Of a stretch of DNA of 64,000 nucleotides, positions 46,015 through 57,511 are shown one piece after another. The notes beneath the pieces were generated by a model. The model saw nothing but the letters and a program-made list of their open reading frames with translations. It made no database searches and was not told the DNA's origin. Made by a program: the position numbers and the translations under genes. Location: assembly GCA_004764695.1 (NCBI GenBank), contig SMSO01000032.1, forward strand, positions 5,612,483-5,676,482, written 5' to 3'. This stretch comes from Schizochytrium sp. TIO01. Taxonomy: Eukaryota > Protista > Bigyra: Labyrinthulomycetes. Position 1 is the stretch's first letter, and each line of letters opens with the position of its first letter.

Positions 46015-47622
46015 TTATTGCTCCTTTTCCTCCTCCTGCCCACCTACGGCTGTATATTCTGCGGCATCTTCTGCCTCTTCTTCCTTGACCTCCTCCTCTT
46101 CTTCCTCCTCTTCTTTAATGTCCCCGTTTTCATTTTCGTCATCTTCCTCAAAATCTGACGTATTGACCTGATATGTCAGCCAAGCATCAAAACGAGGCGA
46201 CGGTGCGCGCTTGTTGACATACTTCACAAATGCCTGGGTGTCTGGGTCTCCACGGTAGACCATAGAGAGCATGTTTCCACGAGGGATGATTGTTACAAGG
46301 GGCTCCTCCTCTCCGTCAAGTGCGTAAACAACCTGACCACCTGTGGTACTCTCCTCGTCCTCCCAGAGATCATTGTCATCTACTGCGGTCCAGAACACAT
46401 CAAGCTCTCCCTTGTGAGCATCCTTATCTTGTGCAGAGCGATCATGCATAAGGGTGTAACACCCACGAGCAAATCGTCGAACATTAGCCACTACGGTGGT
46501 TAGTGGGACCGAAGTGAGTTTCGCAATGAGTTCTGCAAATTTCTGCGAACGTAGGAGAGAGTTCCACTGAGCGAGAATAGTATTCGCATTATTGTCTGTT
46601 GACTTGAAGATGTCAAATCGTTGTTTGTGGTAAGGGCCAATTGCTTGCCAGTCTGAGTCGGAGACGTCATCAAGGGCCTTACGGAGCTCCTCGTACTTTG
46701 ATTTGGCTAAGAAGTCCTGCAGTTCGACGCAGGACTCACTCTCAAATTTTTCACTCACCTGGGACTGTACAGATGCATCAAGGTAAATGGGAGTGATCCA
46801 GTCCTTAAGATAAAGCTCTGAAGCCTCAGGGGCGTGACTTTCGGGCTCTGGGATGATCTCGACAGCGTTGAGCTCAGGCTTGAGCGGAGTCCAGTCGGCA
46901 GGAGTCGGAGCGGAGGGTCCATGAAACCAACCTCCGATGGAGTGTCTTTGTTTATCGGAGAGAACCTCGGCGACTTGGTGATAAGAGCGGTCGCTGACCT
47001 CAAAGAACACCAAAGAGTTGCGCTTGGGGAGAATGCGTTTGAAGATTCCGTTAGGCTGTTTCTCAGCGTCGACCGTAAAGAGGTCGAGCCAGCCACCGTC
47101 CTCTTCTGCCCAATCATCTGGAACAAGGTAGAGGATATAAGCGATTCTACGACTGGAAAGTTCGTCGTCGTGGCAGAGCAGATGGCCACCCTCGGAATAT
47201 ACCGAACTGGTCAAATCGAACTGGTCGGTGATGCCTTTAACACCGGTAAGCTCGGTGAGGATGTCGCGAACTTGACGGCTGTAGAGAGCATTGACAAAGT
47301 CCTTGATAGCACCAGGGCTGCGGGACTTCTTTGCTGCAAGATCCTTGCTTTGCATGAAGGAGAAGAGATCATTCTCCTTGGGGTAGAAGAGCTCATCCTT
47401 CATAACTTCTTCCTGGAGTTTTTCAAGCACTGCAGGATCCTTGATGAAGTTCTCGATGCATCCATGCGGGAAAGGCTTGGCTGACTCAAAGGTACTCTTG
47501 AGCTTGCTCAGCCCGCTCTCATCGGCCCACTTGAGGTTGAGGATCTCAGAGGCATCGATCTCTTCAACGCGGCGGCGCTTCTGATCGCCACCAGTTTGTG
47601 ACGAGGAAGAAGGGGAATCCAT
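46015..47622 (-). CDS. OGFOD1: Prolyl 3-hydroxylase OGFOD1/Tpa1 (2OG-Fe(II) oxygenase)
   Basis: PFPH, LLCHDD (HxD), RRIAYILYLV, GGxLDLF, SYHQVAEV and RxSIGGWFHGP, followed by a second degenerate DSBH domain (RRF..GCYTL) and an acidic tail. Confidence 0.93.
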   Translation of the reverse strand: MDSPSSSSQTGGDQKRRRVEEIDASEILNLKWADESGLSKLKSTFESAKPFPHGCIENFIKDPAVLEKLQEEVMKDELFYPKENDLFSFMQSKDLAAKKSRSPGAIKDFVNALYSRQVRDILTELTGVKGITDQFDLTSSVYSEGGHLLCHDDELSSRRIAYILYLVPDDWAEEDGGWLDLFTVDAEKQPNGIFKRILPKRNSLVFFEVSDRSYHQVAEVLSDKQRHSIGGWFHGPSAPTPADWTPLKPELNAVEIIPEPESHAPEASELYLKDWITPIYLDASVQSQVSEKFESESCVELQDFLAKSKYEELRKALDDVSDSDWQAIGPYHKQRFDIFKSTDNNANTILAQWNSLLRSQKFAELIAKLTSVPLTTVVANVRRFARGCYTLMHDRSAQDKDAHKGELDVFWTAVDDNDLWEDEESTTGGQVVYALDGEEEPLVTIIPRGNMLSMVYRGDPDTQAFVKYVNKRAPSPRFDAWLTYQVNTSDFEEDDENENGDIKEEEEEEEEVKEEEAEDAAEYTAVGGQEEEKEQ

Positions 47623-48821
47623 GTTTACGCTAACTAGCTTCCGTGCGTGGTCGCCTTCCTCAGTTGCGCTTCGTCGTCTTCTTCAATTTCTTCTTTGCCA
47701 TACGACGTGAGAGCTCAAGGCCACTCCAAGCCACAGCAAGGGATGGAAAGCGTCCTTCTTGCACTCACAAAACCTACTCGCTCTGCTACCATTGATACTA
47801 GGAACCTGGGTGTGATTGGCTGGGCCTGATTGCTGGTTAAAGCTCTTCTAGGTACTCTAGAATAACCTCAAGGGCTATTTAAAAGAACTATGAACGATCT
47901 TGCTAGCAATAAGAGTAGTTAGTCATTTATTTACCAATATGCGGCCAAGCTTATGGAAGCAAGAGTATCTGTATCTGTGTTAGGCATAGTACTAGTAGGT
48001 AGGTATCGCTAATATAAAGAGGCTTTGTAGATCGGTTAATTACGAAGCTCTGTTATTAGGTCACGAACTCTATTATGATACCTTACTCCTGCTTGAAACC
48101 TCTAAAAGGTTCTCCAAATTCTTTCAACATAGGCGTGCCTTAAACACAAGTTCCCTGCATGTAAATTAGCTTCTTGAAGCGAGATATCGTTTACCATGTA
48201 GGACACCATATATCAAAATGCAATATACTCTCAAGATGCTAAAAACCACCACTATGAAGCTTTTGAGATGTTCTTAAAAAAGCTTGCCTTTGCAACAGCC
48301 TCAACCCCGTCTAACATCTAACATGAGACGTACTTCGATTCGTACGCGAGATTCATTTATCAAAACAACGTGATCCAGGACTTGCTTTTGGGGTTTTCAT
48401 CCTTCAAAAGGAGGCAATATATTTTGCGTGTTTTTTTCCTGCTTTACATTGAAATTAAGTCTGTTGTGGCAAATGTTAATGGCAGCTACCCAGTCTCCCA
48501 AAACCCTACACCCTGTCTTCATGAAACATGCTTGAGAAATTGTTGTAATAATTCTTTAAAATTGACAGTTGACCTGAGTACTATGTTATTGTAAAATTAC
48601 ACTATAGATTTTAAAAATACACCTTTCATGCGAGCAAAAGATTTTAAATTTGCTGTATCATGACGGGAATCAAGAAGTTTGTAAAGCGCCCGGGATGAAG
48701 ACAGGCAATATATCAAATTCAAAGAACAAGTTGCTATCTGTGGAAGGAGCTGGTTAAAAAAAAACAAAAAACATATTTTATTCCATTTTTCAACAAAGAA
48801 TCGAAACGAAAAACGAGATAT

Positions 48822-51800
48822 CTATAATTCGGGCATGACCACTACACGCCGATCTGCAGCAGGCAACCTTTGCGCTCGCTTGCGGTCTATGATTGCAGCA
48901 ACAGTAACTCCAGCAATTAAGACGAGAGCACCTGCAGCTGCAATTGGAATCGCAATGTATAAAACGTTGGTTGATGAAGTAGAAGATTTTTCGTCTTCTA
49001 CTAAAGAACGCTCGCTTTGGCATGCATCAAACGCTACTATAGAGGAATCGCTTTCAAAGCCATAATCTGAACAAATTCCATCAAGATTGTAGCTTGAGCG
49101 TGCACAATAGTTTGAGTTTGTCTCATTTAGCTCGGAGCAAGTCGCGGTCAATTCAACTGTTCCATACCATTGAATTGGTGGAATAAGGAGTCCTGCCATC
49201 TCAAAGTAGCTAAGAGAAAGGTAAGAATAGGTTTTTTCGCGGGTCAGATCTGGGTTGCACTGCCGCTGCAACACATAGCGAAAGAATAACAATCCACGAT
49301 CTGTATCGAAATAATACAGGTCCCCATTTCCATTGACAACTTCTGTCAAGTTAGAGGCGGCAGTAAATGGATAATCTGTAGTATCGCACCATGAGACACC
49401 AGAAGCAGATCGGTATGAAATATTGAATACAGTATCAGCTGGATAGGGCATCACAATGATCACGGTATCATCCACTTTCATTTGAGGTTTTCGAAATGTG
49501 GCACTTACTGGACTTCCGGAGTCAAACAGAAGGAGCCAACCAAGTCCGTTTGTTGCTCCACTTATGACTGCATCACCCTTAATAGGAAGACCAACTTCAG
49601 CAGGATTGCCTTCTTGACCAATGTACATGACTGACCCAACACGTGGGCAGGGCTCATCTCCGCCGTTCGTACAAATATCACCATTCTCGAACCCATCAAC
49701 AAGATCAGGGTCAAATTTGACAATGAATGATGCAACACTTCGTGATTTGCCTGTTACTGAGGACACAGCGTCACAAGCATAGTAGTCGTTTGTAAAAACA
49801 CAATTGTCATCTAATCTCCACCACGTAATGTTCTCTCGGCCTGAGCCAATAATACGCGGCCCGATGGCACCATTGTACTCCCCATTGATGGTTCCATCTG
49901 CATCAAACATGTTGGCATCAGCGCCACTCACTGTTAGGTGGCTCGACACAGTTTGGCCGAAAAGCGCACTTGTGTTGACATTGTCATAAGTGACATTGCG
50001 TACAATTTGAATAAAACCTGGCACGTATTTATCGGAATGAGTCAAAAATCGCCATACAGGAGAGTCACGCTCAACATCTCCACAATTGCGCATAATGATT
50101 CCATCAACAATGTGGTATTGATTTACATCGTAAAGTTCATAACCCACATAACTAGAAGAAAACCAGCGTTTTGAGTAATAGTCAGAACCTGACCGCACAG
50201 GCTGAAAGGATTCACTGCGGCAAACAAAAAGAAGATTATGTAAGTAATGCGTGCCTAGCACCGCAACAGGGCGCATCACGTCATGGGCCTCCAAACCGTC
50301 CATAATTCCTCGTTCACCCCAATTGTTTACACCCCAATTGCTCAGAAACACCTTTGTGTTGTTTAAAATCAATGGGCACTCGTACGAGTCATCTCCAGGG
50401 TCACACATGGTGTCTCGAGCATCGCTCTCTCGACCCGGGTTATACATGAGCAGTGACGATGAGGCGTTGACATGTTCCAAACGACCTCCGATGTAAATAC
50501 AACCTGCTCGACTCCACCAAAATCCAGAAGAATGGCACGTATTTCCATCAAACTCCAAGAATGGGCGATTGTGGGGTTGTGCCCCAGTAGGAAAGACCCA
50601 GTCTCGGTAGTCCATAATAGGCTCGGGGATCTTAACGATAGCAAAGCCCGAATATCCTCCAGAAGCAGCATTGCCATAAAAACGATTGTATGCACGTGTA
50701 ATGTAAAAGGGGCTAGCTGTCAGATCTGCAGGTTGGGTTAACGTGGAGTTTTGTATTACCGTATTCATGTATTGACTGCTACTTCTCTGAGGATAGCCAA
50801 GAAAATGAACATGCGCAGCAAGATTGTACGCGAGAGTGTTGTTCTCTTCCACGCCGTCCTCACCACTATAAAAGCAATGACCAATCGCATCATACGCAAC
50901 GTTGTCTGAAATCAACGAGTGATTTGTCCCATGAATCGTTGCACACCGGTAGAAAGTGTGATGCATACTTGAGTGCTTCAGGTACGAGTCTACACCACCT
51001 TCACCCATGTGGTGAAAGTGGAATGGATACCGAGCTAACACGTTTGTTTGACCCATGCGATACAGCTCTACACCTTCGAATCGCACGGTCGCATTTGTTC
51101 CGTTACCGAGCGTATGCCCACCGTAGCCTGTGAGATGCTTATCAATGCAAGGGTAGCTACCATACTCGCTGTTGTAGCAAATATCATCATCTGCATCAGT
51201 GCCCTCAGAAGTAATATCACCCTGGATGATGATGTTGTGCGAGAGCAGGCCAACTTCGGCTTGGTATTCCGATCCTCCGTAGTGGGTGTAATTTAATGCC
51301 TCGGTAACCGTAATACGGGAGAATTCCCCACTAATCTCTACGTTTGAGATCGTACGAACCTCGTTATGGTGCCAGTCTCTCGAGTCCTTGAGTTCGGTCG
51401 CTACTACAACGATTTGTTGGCCAGCTTGCCAGTTGACCTTGTGTTGCAAGTAGATTTGTGTGTCACTGGCAGAGGCTGTAGCAGCAAGCCGGGACCAGGT
51501 GGGATGAAAGATAGAGCCGTGTACATCAAGTACACCATTGCCCTGAGCAGTGATGCCTTTGTAGTGCTGCGAGACTGGAAATGAGGACGGCCTGGACCCA
51601 TGCAAGGTGATGGAGATATCACTGTGCAATCGGCATGTCTCAGAGCCTAATACAAGCTTGCCATCAACGCTGATGCCCGTAGTGTTGAGCATAATGTCTT
51701 CATCTGCGAACACAAGTTCTGAACTTGCAGGAATTGTAATGAGACCATAAACTGTATCGGCAGAGACTGAGCAACCACTGATGAGCACCCGTGAGTTTTC

Positions 51801-52109
51801 GGGTAAGGTTACGTCTTCGCCGTCTGCCGGGACAGCTGAGCCCCAAGTTGATGCATCTTCCCAAGGTAGGAGTTCATCAGCGTCTTCATCAAAAGGGCAG
51901 CTCGTACGTGAGTTCCAGCCATCCGGAGGGGAATTTGGTGTCACTCGAAGCTGAACGACTTCTGTAGCTTCTGCAATACCAATAAGTTCGGACGTGTCGA
52001 AGCCAGAGTCACTGGGATATGCTGGCGCAGTTGTGGTAGAGGTCACGGAACAGCAAAGTGCTGGAGTGCTGTATAGAAGGAGCAGCACACTGTAAACAAA
52101 TAGCTGCAT
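48822..52109 (-). CDS. G8-domain / beta-helix type I membrane protein (CEMIP/TMEM2/fibrocystin-like), copy 1
   Basis: Signal peptide from Met 52109 (an upstream in-frame ATG exists at 52199). G8 domain (W..P..G..V..ITIP..L.F.D), AEVGLLSHNI, RYPFHFH, TIHGT, GHC, and a C-terminal TM with short tail. Confidence 0.88.
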   Translation of the reverse strand: MQLFVYSVLLLLYSTPALCCSVTSTTTAPAYPSDSGFDTSELIGIAEATEVVQLRVTPNSPPDGWNSRTSCPFDEDADELLPWEDASTWGSAVPADGEDVTLPENSRVLISGCSVSADTVYGLITIPASSELVFADEDIMLNTTGISVDGKLVLGSETCRLHSDISITLHGSRPSSFPVSQHYKGITAQGNGVLDVHGSIFHPTWSRLAATASASDTQIYLQHKVNWQAGQQIVVVATELKDSRDWHHNEVRTISNVEISGEFSRITVTEALNYTHYGGSEYQAEVGLLSHNIIIQGDITSEGTDADDDICYNSEYGSYPCIDKHLTGYGGHTLGNGTNATVRFEGVELYRMGQTNVLARYPFHFHHMGEGGVDSYLKHSSMHHTFYRCATIHGTNHSLISDNVAYDAIGHCFYSGEDGVEENNTLAYNLAAHVHFLGYPQRSSSQYMNTVIQNSTLTQPADLTASPFYITRAYNRFYGNAASGGYSGFAIVKIPEPIMDYRDWVFPTGAQPHNRPFLEFDGNTCHSSGFWWSRAGCIYIGGRLEHVNASSSLLMYNPGRESDARDTMCDPGDDSYECPLILNNTKVFLSNWGVNNWGERGIMDGLEAHDVMRPVAVLGTHYLHNLLFVCRSESFQPVRSGSDYYSKRWFSSSYVGYELYDVNQYHIVDGIIMRNCGDVERDSPVWRFLTHSDKYVPGFIQIVRNVTYDNVNTSALFGQTVSSHLTVSGADANMFDADGTINGEYNGAIGPRIIGSGRENITWWRLDDNCVFTNDYYACDAVSSVTGKSRSVASFIVKFDPDLVDGFENGDICTNGGDEPCPRVGSVMYIGQEGNPAEVGLPIKGDAVISGATNGLGWLLLFDSGSPVSATFRKPQMKVDDTVIIVMPYPADTVFNISYRSASGVSWCDTTDYPFTAASNLTEVVNGNGDLYYFDTDRGLLFFRYVLQRQCNPDLTREKTYSYLSLSYFEMAGLLIPPIQWYGTVELTATCSELNETNSNYCARSSYNLDGICSDYGFESDSSIVAFDACQSERSLVEDEKSSTSSTNVLYIAIPIAAAGALVLIAGVTVAAIIDRKRAQRLPAADRRVVVMPEL
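50780..52046. repeat. ~1.27-kb near-identical direct repeat of 61411-62677
   Basis: Base-by-base match at offset 10631 with few substitutions. Even the shadow ORFs are duplicated (50924/61555, 51048/61679, 51366/61997). Confidence 0.92.
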
Positions 52110-54142
52110 GGCCTCAACAGAGGTGGTGTAAGGACTTGTACAAGCCTTGAGCCTTTGACTGAGTTCGAGTTTTGCATTTGTGAACCTGTGTTCCTTCATG
52201 GTTTTTGTCCTTCCTTCGTCTATTAACAGGGACGATGTACTGTTACAAAGCCTTTTAATAGTGGTGGGGCCAGAAATGAAAGAAAAGACAAGAAGCAGTA
52301 CACGCTAAGAGCAAGTGCAATCCTTTTGAGTCAGATTGAAGTCATAATCGAGTAGAACAAACTTGTAAGATAGTTTTATTGTACGCACGACCAAACTGGC
52401 GCTCAATCTGAGTTTTGCGACAGCATGGTTGTCATCAAAACGTCTCCCTCAGGTAGAAAGTGGTCCGAGTCAGATCTTCTTTCCTTTCACTAAACAGTAG
52501 TAGAGGACCGCTTGCATTAAGAAAAGAAGTTTGAGTAATAAGAAAATTCAAATTAGAGTACTAATATGTACCTAAGAATTAGCTAGTAGGTAATTGCCTC
52601 CTTTTCGTTTCTTTTTTTCCTTCGTAATTTAATCTAGATATGCACACCTGCTCATACTTCTATTGAATTCAGTAAGTATTTGTCTATTAAAAGAATTAAG
52701 TAGAGGAAAACTGGCGTGCGCTCTGACTTTTTGTTTTTAGTTGTACCTGGAGGAGAGAAATAGCGACATCCTTTAAAGTTGTCAGAGAAGCTGACTTTAA
52801 CTATTCACTCCAATTGATTGGACAAAGGCACTTACTTAAGGATAATGAAAGCTCTTTTGGTGGGGAGGAACAGCAAAGGTGTGAATTGTTTTCTACAAAA
52901 TCACCGCCATTGTGCAAAAAGAATCCTGATGCGACTTATGACATAATGCAAGCAAAATTATATAGACATATATCCTTCCTACTGAAACAAAAAAACTAGG
53001 TCCGGCTGGAGATTTGAGAACCTAATGAATTCACTGTTTGAAACGACCGAGTTTGAGGCAGAAGAAAAGCTGCACAATGGCGTCAAGGTTATTCTTCAAC
53101 TTGTTTTTAGACATTTAGTCTCCTGAGTCATATAAATGTAAACTTATAGAGAGGCACAGTAAATGTTAAATGCAAAGTTTTGGATCTAGCTTTACCTCTT
53201 GATTAATCTTGAATATATAGTTAGTGTGAAATTGTCATCAACGTTCTAATAACCGCTATTCCAAAATGTTTAGACGCTACTTCGAATATTGGACGTATTC
53301 GCCTCAGAGTCCACCTCAAGGACTCATTTGTTTTTGTCTTGCTTGATTATTCTTGTCTTTAAATTTAATAATAATTATAAGAAGGAGGAAAGGATATATC
53401 ATTGGATGGTGGTAAAGTTGATCACACTCACTTTCCATGAATTGCTTCATCTTTCGGAAGGCATCAGATTAGTGAAATCATTGCATCTGTATAAAGTTAA
53501 AAATGTACTTGCTGGAGGCATAAATCATGTAGATTGAGTTTATTACAGGCTGCATAAGAAATCTAAATCATCATAACAAAGTTATCTAATTTTTCTATAT
53601 TATGAATTTAATGTCTAGAGTTTCTGCTTTTATACACTAGGCGTGGTCTTTATTAGATTTTAGCTTGTGTCGTGTTGAGCGTACAGATATAGAACATTGG
53701 CAAGTGATTGAACGATGGCTGTCGAGGAAGCATAAAGACTCCAGGACTGTATTCAGGCAATTGAGGTATTTCAGGTTCTGAATACAGGTTGAAACCTTCA
53801 AACTAGGCAGCCAAGCTAATTATTAGGCTAGGTTATACATTCTTTTCAAAATTGACTCTCTAGTCCATCGTCAAAGTTGTCATTATCATTAATAGCTAGT
53901 CCTTGAATTGGTTCGTTGCATCTAATATTGATAGCTGTTATTGTAGCGACTAAGACCTTTCTAATTGTATTCGAGACACTACCCTGTTTCCGCGCACATT
54001 CCTACTGCTTACAGGGCTACATTTTTGCATTTGCTAAAATCAAGCTTATTGAGATATGGCTAGAAATATTACCTACGTTAACAGATGTTACTTAGAAACT
54101 CGATTCCTAACTTGAACATCAAAGTCGTTATTCTATCCACAT

Positions 54143-57100
54143 TTAGCATTCGACACTACGGGCATCTGGCTTCACCACGACGCGTCCGCTATGCTGGCCC
54201 GGAGAGTTCAAATACATTGGTGTCCTTGCTTGGATTTGGCGACGGTGACGAAGCTTGATGAAGCCTATCGCGCCTGCAACAAGAAGCAAGAGTCCAACTA
54301 CAGCAGAAGGAGCAGCTATAACGAGTGCTTTCGAAAAAGGATTTTCGGAACTTTTCTCGGACGACCCTGTCGGAGTTAAGGAATCGACTACCGTATCAGC
54401 TGATTTGGTTCCTAAGCAGGAATCATAAGCCGCAATAGAAGAGTTTGCAGTGAAGCCATAATCTTCGCAAATGTTGGCCATGCTGTAATTTGACAGGACA
54501 CAGTATGTTGTGTCCGTTGCATTCAAATCACAATTTGCAACAAGCTGAATTTTCCCATAAGTTTGAGTGTATGGGATTCGCATGTCCTTGTATGTGTAGT
54601 AAGAGAGACCAAGATTACCATACGCTGGAGCTTGGGAAAAATCTGCATCTTCAAGGTCTTGAACAATATAACGAAAAAACAAGACGCCTCGATCTGTATC
54701 AAAAAAGTAACGATCCCCATTTCCGTTGATGACAGCATCTAGAGATGCTGCTGAAGTGAACTCGTGATAGCAGGTTTTAACTGAGATCCAATACCAACAC
54801 CAGTACGCTGCATAATAGGTTAGGTTAAATGATGTACCTGGCGGGTAAGGAATTGCAATCATAAGAAGCTCATCCTCATCTATTTGGGTCTTTTTAAACG
54901 TAATATTTGCAGGGCTTCCATTATCAAAGAGCATGAGCCAGCCAAGTCCCCCAGTCGGTCCATTGAGAGCTGTCAGACCTTCGATGGGGAGACCGACTTC
55001 TTGAGGGTTGCCTTCCTGCCCAATGTGCATAACCGATCCAACTCTGGGGCACGACTTTGATCGGTCCCCGTTGGTGCAAATCTGATATTTTGTCACCTGG
55101 GAGTCTAAGGTGGGATCAAAATTCATTTCAAAGCTGGCAATACCTCGAGATTTACCGGTGATATACGATACGGCATCGCAAATGTAGTAATCGTTGTGTT
55201 TGGTACAATTTTCATCAAGTTTCCACCACTCAATACCTTCGCGAGCTGATCCAAGAATTTGAGGTCCATTTCTGCCTGCTAGAATTGTTCCATCAGCATC
55301 ATAAATGCCTACATCGTATCCACTGATGGACAAATAGTCTTCCACCGTTTCTCCAAAAAGCATAGATTTGTCAATTTGATCATAGGTGACATTTCGAATG
55401 ATTTGCTGAAAGCCAGGCACATAACGGTCTGAATGCGTGAGGAACCGCCAGACAAAGGCATTGCTAGACTGGTTACCGCATTTGCGCATAATGATACCAT
55501 CAACAATATGTCTCTGATCAACATCATAAGTCTCGTAGCCTACATAGGCTCCAGTAAACCACCGGTACCCATAGTATCCAGTATCAGGCTGTTCCGGAAC
55601 GAAGTTCCCTGAGCGGCAGGTAAAAAGTAGATTTGTCAATGTATGCGAGCCTAGGATTGCAACTGGCCTACTGGTGTCATGAACTTCAAGTCCATCAATA
55701 AATCCACGCTGTCCCCAGTTGTTCACACCCCAGTTACTCAGGAAGACCTTGGTATTATTAAGAATAAGTGGACAATCCACTGCTTTCTTGCCAATACCAC
55801 AGAGAGTATTACGAGGGCTACTATCACGGCCTGGGTTGTACATGAGCTGTTTGGAAGTATCATTAACATGAAGCAGTTTTCCACCAATATAAATACAACT
55901 GGCCTGGTGCCACCAAAACCCAGAAGAATGACAAGAGTTGCCATTGAATTCTTGAAATGGCCGGTGTTGCGGAGAAGTACCAGAAACATAAGTAGTATTT
56001 CGATAGTCCATGATTGGTTTCGTGAGTTTTACAATAGCGAAACCGGCGTAACCTCCTGAAGCAGCATTGCCAACGTAGCGATTATAAGCTCGGGTGATGT
56101 AAAAAGGGCTCGCAGATACATCCGCTGGTTGGGTAAGATTTTCATTCTGATAAACTGTGCTCATGTATTGACTACCTGTGGTGGTCATTGGGTAACCCAA
56201 GAAATGAACATGCGCACCAAGGTTGAACGCGAGGGTATTCTTCTCTTCCACGCCATCCTCGCCACTGTAGTAGCAATGGCCAATCGCATCGTAAGCAACA
56301 TTGTTAGCGATGCGTGAGCTGTTGGTTCCATGGATAGTTGCGCAACGGTAAAAGCTGTGGTGAATGCTGGAATGCTTCAAGTATGAGTTCTTACCCCCTT
56401 CTCCCATATGGTGGAGGTGAAACGGATACCGAGCTAGAACATTTGTTTGACCCATGCGATATAGCTCCACACCCTCAAAGCGAACAACCGCGTTTGTTCC
56501 ATTGCCTAATGTGTGTCCACCAAAGCCTGTGAGATGTTTATCTTCACATGGATAACTGGGGTACCTTTCTGTGGAACATACATCATTTTCTGTATCAGAT
56601 CCTTCGGAAGACTCGTCACCTTGAATTATAACGTTATGTGAAAGCAATCCCACTTCAGCTTGGTACTCGGAACCTCCATAGTGGGTATAATCTAATGGCT
56701 CAGTCAAAGTAATTCGCGAGAAGGACCCGCTAAGTTCAACCTTTTGGATGATGCGAACTTCATTGTGGTGCCAATCTCGTGAGTCCTTAATCTCGGTGCT
56801 GATAATCACGATTTCTTGCCCAGCTTGCCAGTTTACCTTGTGTTGAAGGTAGATTTCAGTATCGCCAGATGCTACTGTGGTTGCCAAGCGGGTCCATGTT
56901 GGATGGAATATTGAGCCGTGGATATTGAGTACTCCGCTATTCTGCGCAGTGATCCCTTTATATGAAGGTGCTGCTGGGAGCTCTGACGAGGGGGGACGGA
57001 CACCATGCAGAGTGATAGAGATGCGACTATTGAGGCGACATGTTTCAGATCCCAAGACGAGCTCTCCGTAAACCGTGATACCAGTGGTATTGAAGGAAAT

Positions 57101-57511
57101 ATCTTCATCTGCGAAAATTAGCTTGGAATTTTCTGGAATTGTAATACCACCAAAGACCGTACCTGAAGAAACTGAACAGCCACTGAGCAACACACTTGCG
57201 TTCGTTGGTAGTGTTACATCCTCTCCTGCGATAGGGACCGTGTTAGATGGCCATGTAGTGGCATCTTCCCAGGCAAGGAGTTCTTCGTTGTCGTAAGGGC
57301 AGTCCAATTTACTATTCCAACCACTTGGCGGGTAATTTGGTGTTACGCGAAGCTTTATAATTTCGGTTGCTTTCTCGATGCTAATGAATCCGCTTGTGTC
57401 AAATCCAGTGTCTCCAGGATACCATGGGGCGTGCGTTGTAGAGGTTGGAATGCATGAATCCGCACAAGCATGATGCAGCAGTGCACTTACAAGAAACAGA
57501 GTTCGAAACAT
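54143..57511 (-). CDS. G8-domain / beta-helix type I membrane protein, copy 2
   Basis: Same architecture as copy 1. Signal peptide MFRTLFLVSALLHHACA from ATG 57511 and a C-terminal TM. Confidence 0.88.
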   Translation of the reverse strand: MFRTLFLVSALLHHACADSCIPTSTTHAPWYPGDTGFDTSGFISIEKATEIIKLRVTPNYPPSGWNSKLDCPYDNEELLAWEDATTWPSNTVPIAGEDVTLPTNASVLLSGCSVSSGTVFGGITIPENSKLIFADEDISFNTTGITVYGELVLGSETCRLNSRISITLHGVRPPSSELPAAPSYKGITAQNSGVLNIHGSIFHPTWTRLATTVASGDTEIYLQHKVNWQAGQEIVIISTEIKDSRDWHHNEVRIIQKVELSGSFSRITLTEPLDYTHYGGSEYQAEVGLLSHNVIIQGDESSEGSDTENDVCSTERYPSYPCEDKHLTGFGGHTLGNGTNAVVRFEGVELYRMGQTNVLARYPFHLHHMGEGGKNSYLKHSSIHHSFYRCATIHGTNSSRIANNVAYDAIGHCYYSGEDGVEEKNTLAFNLGAHVHFLGYPMTTTGSQYMSTVYQNENLTQPADVSASPFYITRAYNRYVGNAASGGYAGFAIVKLTKPIMDYRNTTYVSGTSPQHRPFQEFNGNSCHSSGFWWHQASCIYIGGKLLHVNDTSKQLMYNPGRDSSPRNTLCGIGKKAVDCPLILNNTKVFLSNWGVNNWGQRGFIDGLEVHDTSRPVAILGSHTLTNLLFTCRSGNFVPEQPDTGYYGYRWFTGAYVGYETYDVDQRHIVDGIIMRKCGNQSSNAFVWRFLTHSDRYVPGFQQIIRNVTYDQIDKSMLFGETVEDYLSISGYDVGIYDADGTILAGRNGPQILGSAREGIEWWKLDENCTKHNDYYICDAVSYITGKSRGIASFEMNFDPTLDSQVTKYQICTNGDRSKSCPRVGSVMHIGQEGNPQEVGLPIEGLTALNGPTGGLGWLMLFDNGSPANITFKKTQIDEDELLMIAIPYPPGTSFNLTYYAAYWCWYWISVKTCYHEFTSAASLDAVINGNGDRYFFDTDRGVLFFRYIVQDLEDADFSQAPAYGNLGLSYYTYKDMRIPYTQTYGKIQLVANCDLNATDTTYCVLSNYSMANICEDYGFTANSSIAAYDSCLGTKSADTVVDSLTPTGSSEKSSENPFSKALVIAAPSAVVGLLLLVAGAIGFIKLRHRRQIQARTPMYLNSPGQHSGRVVVKPDARSVEC

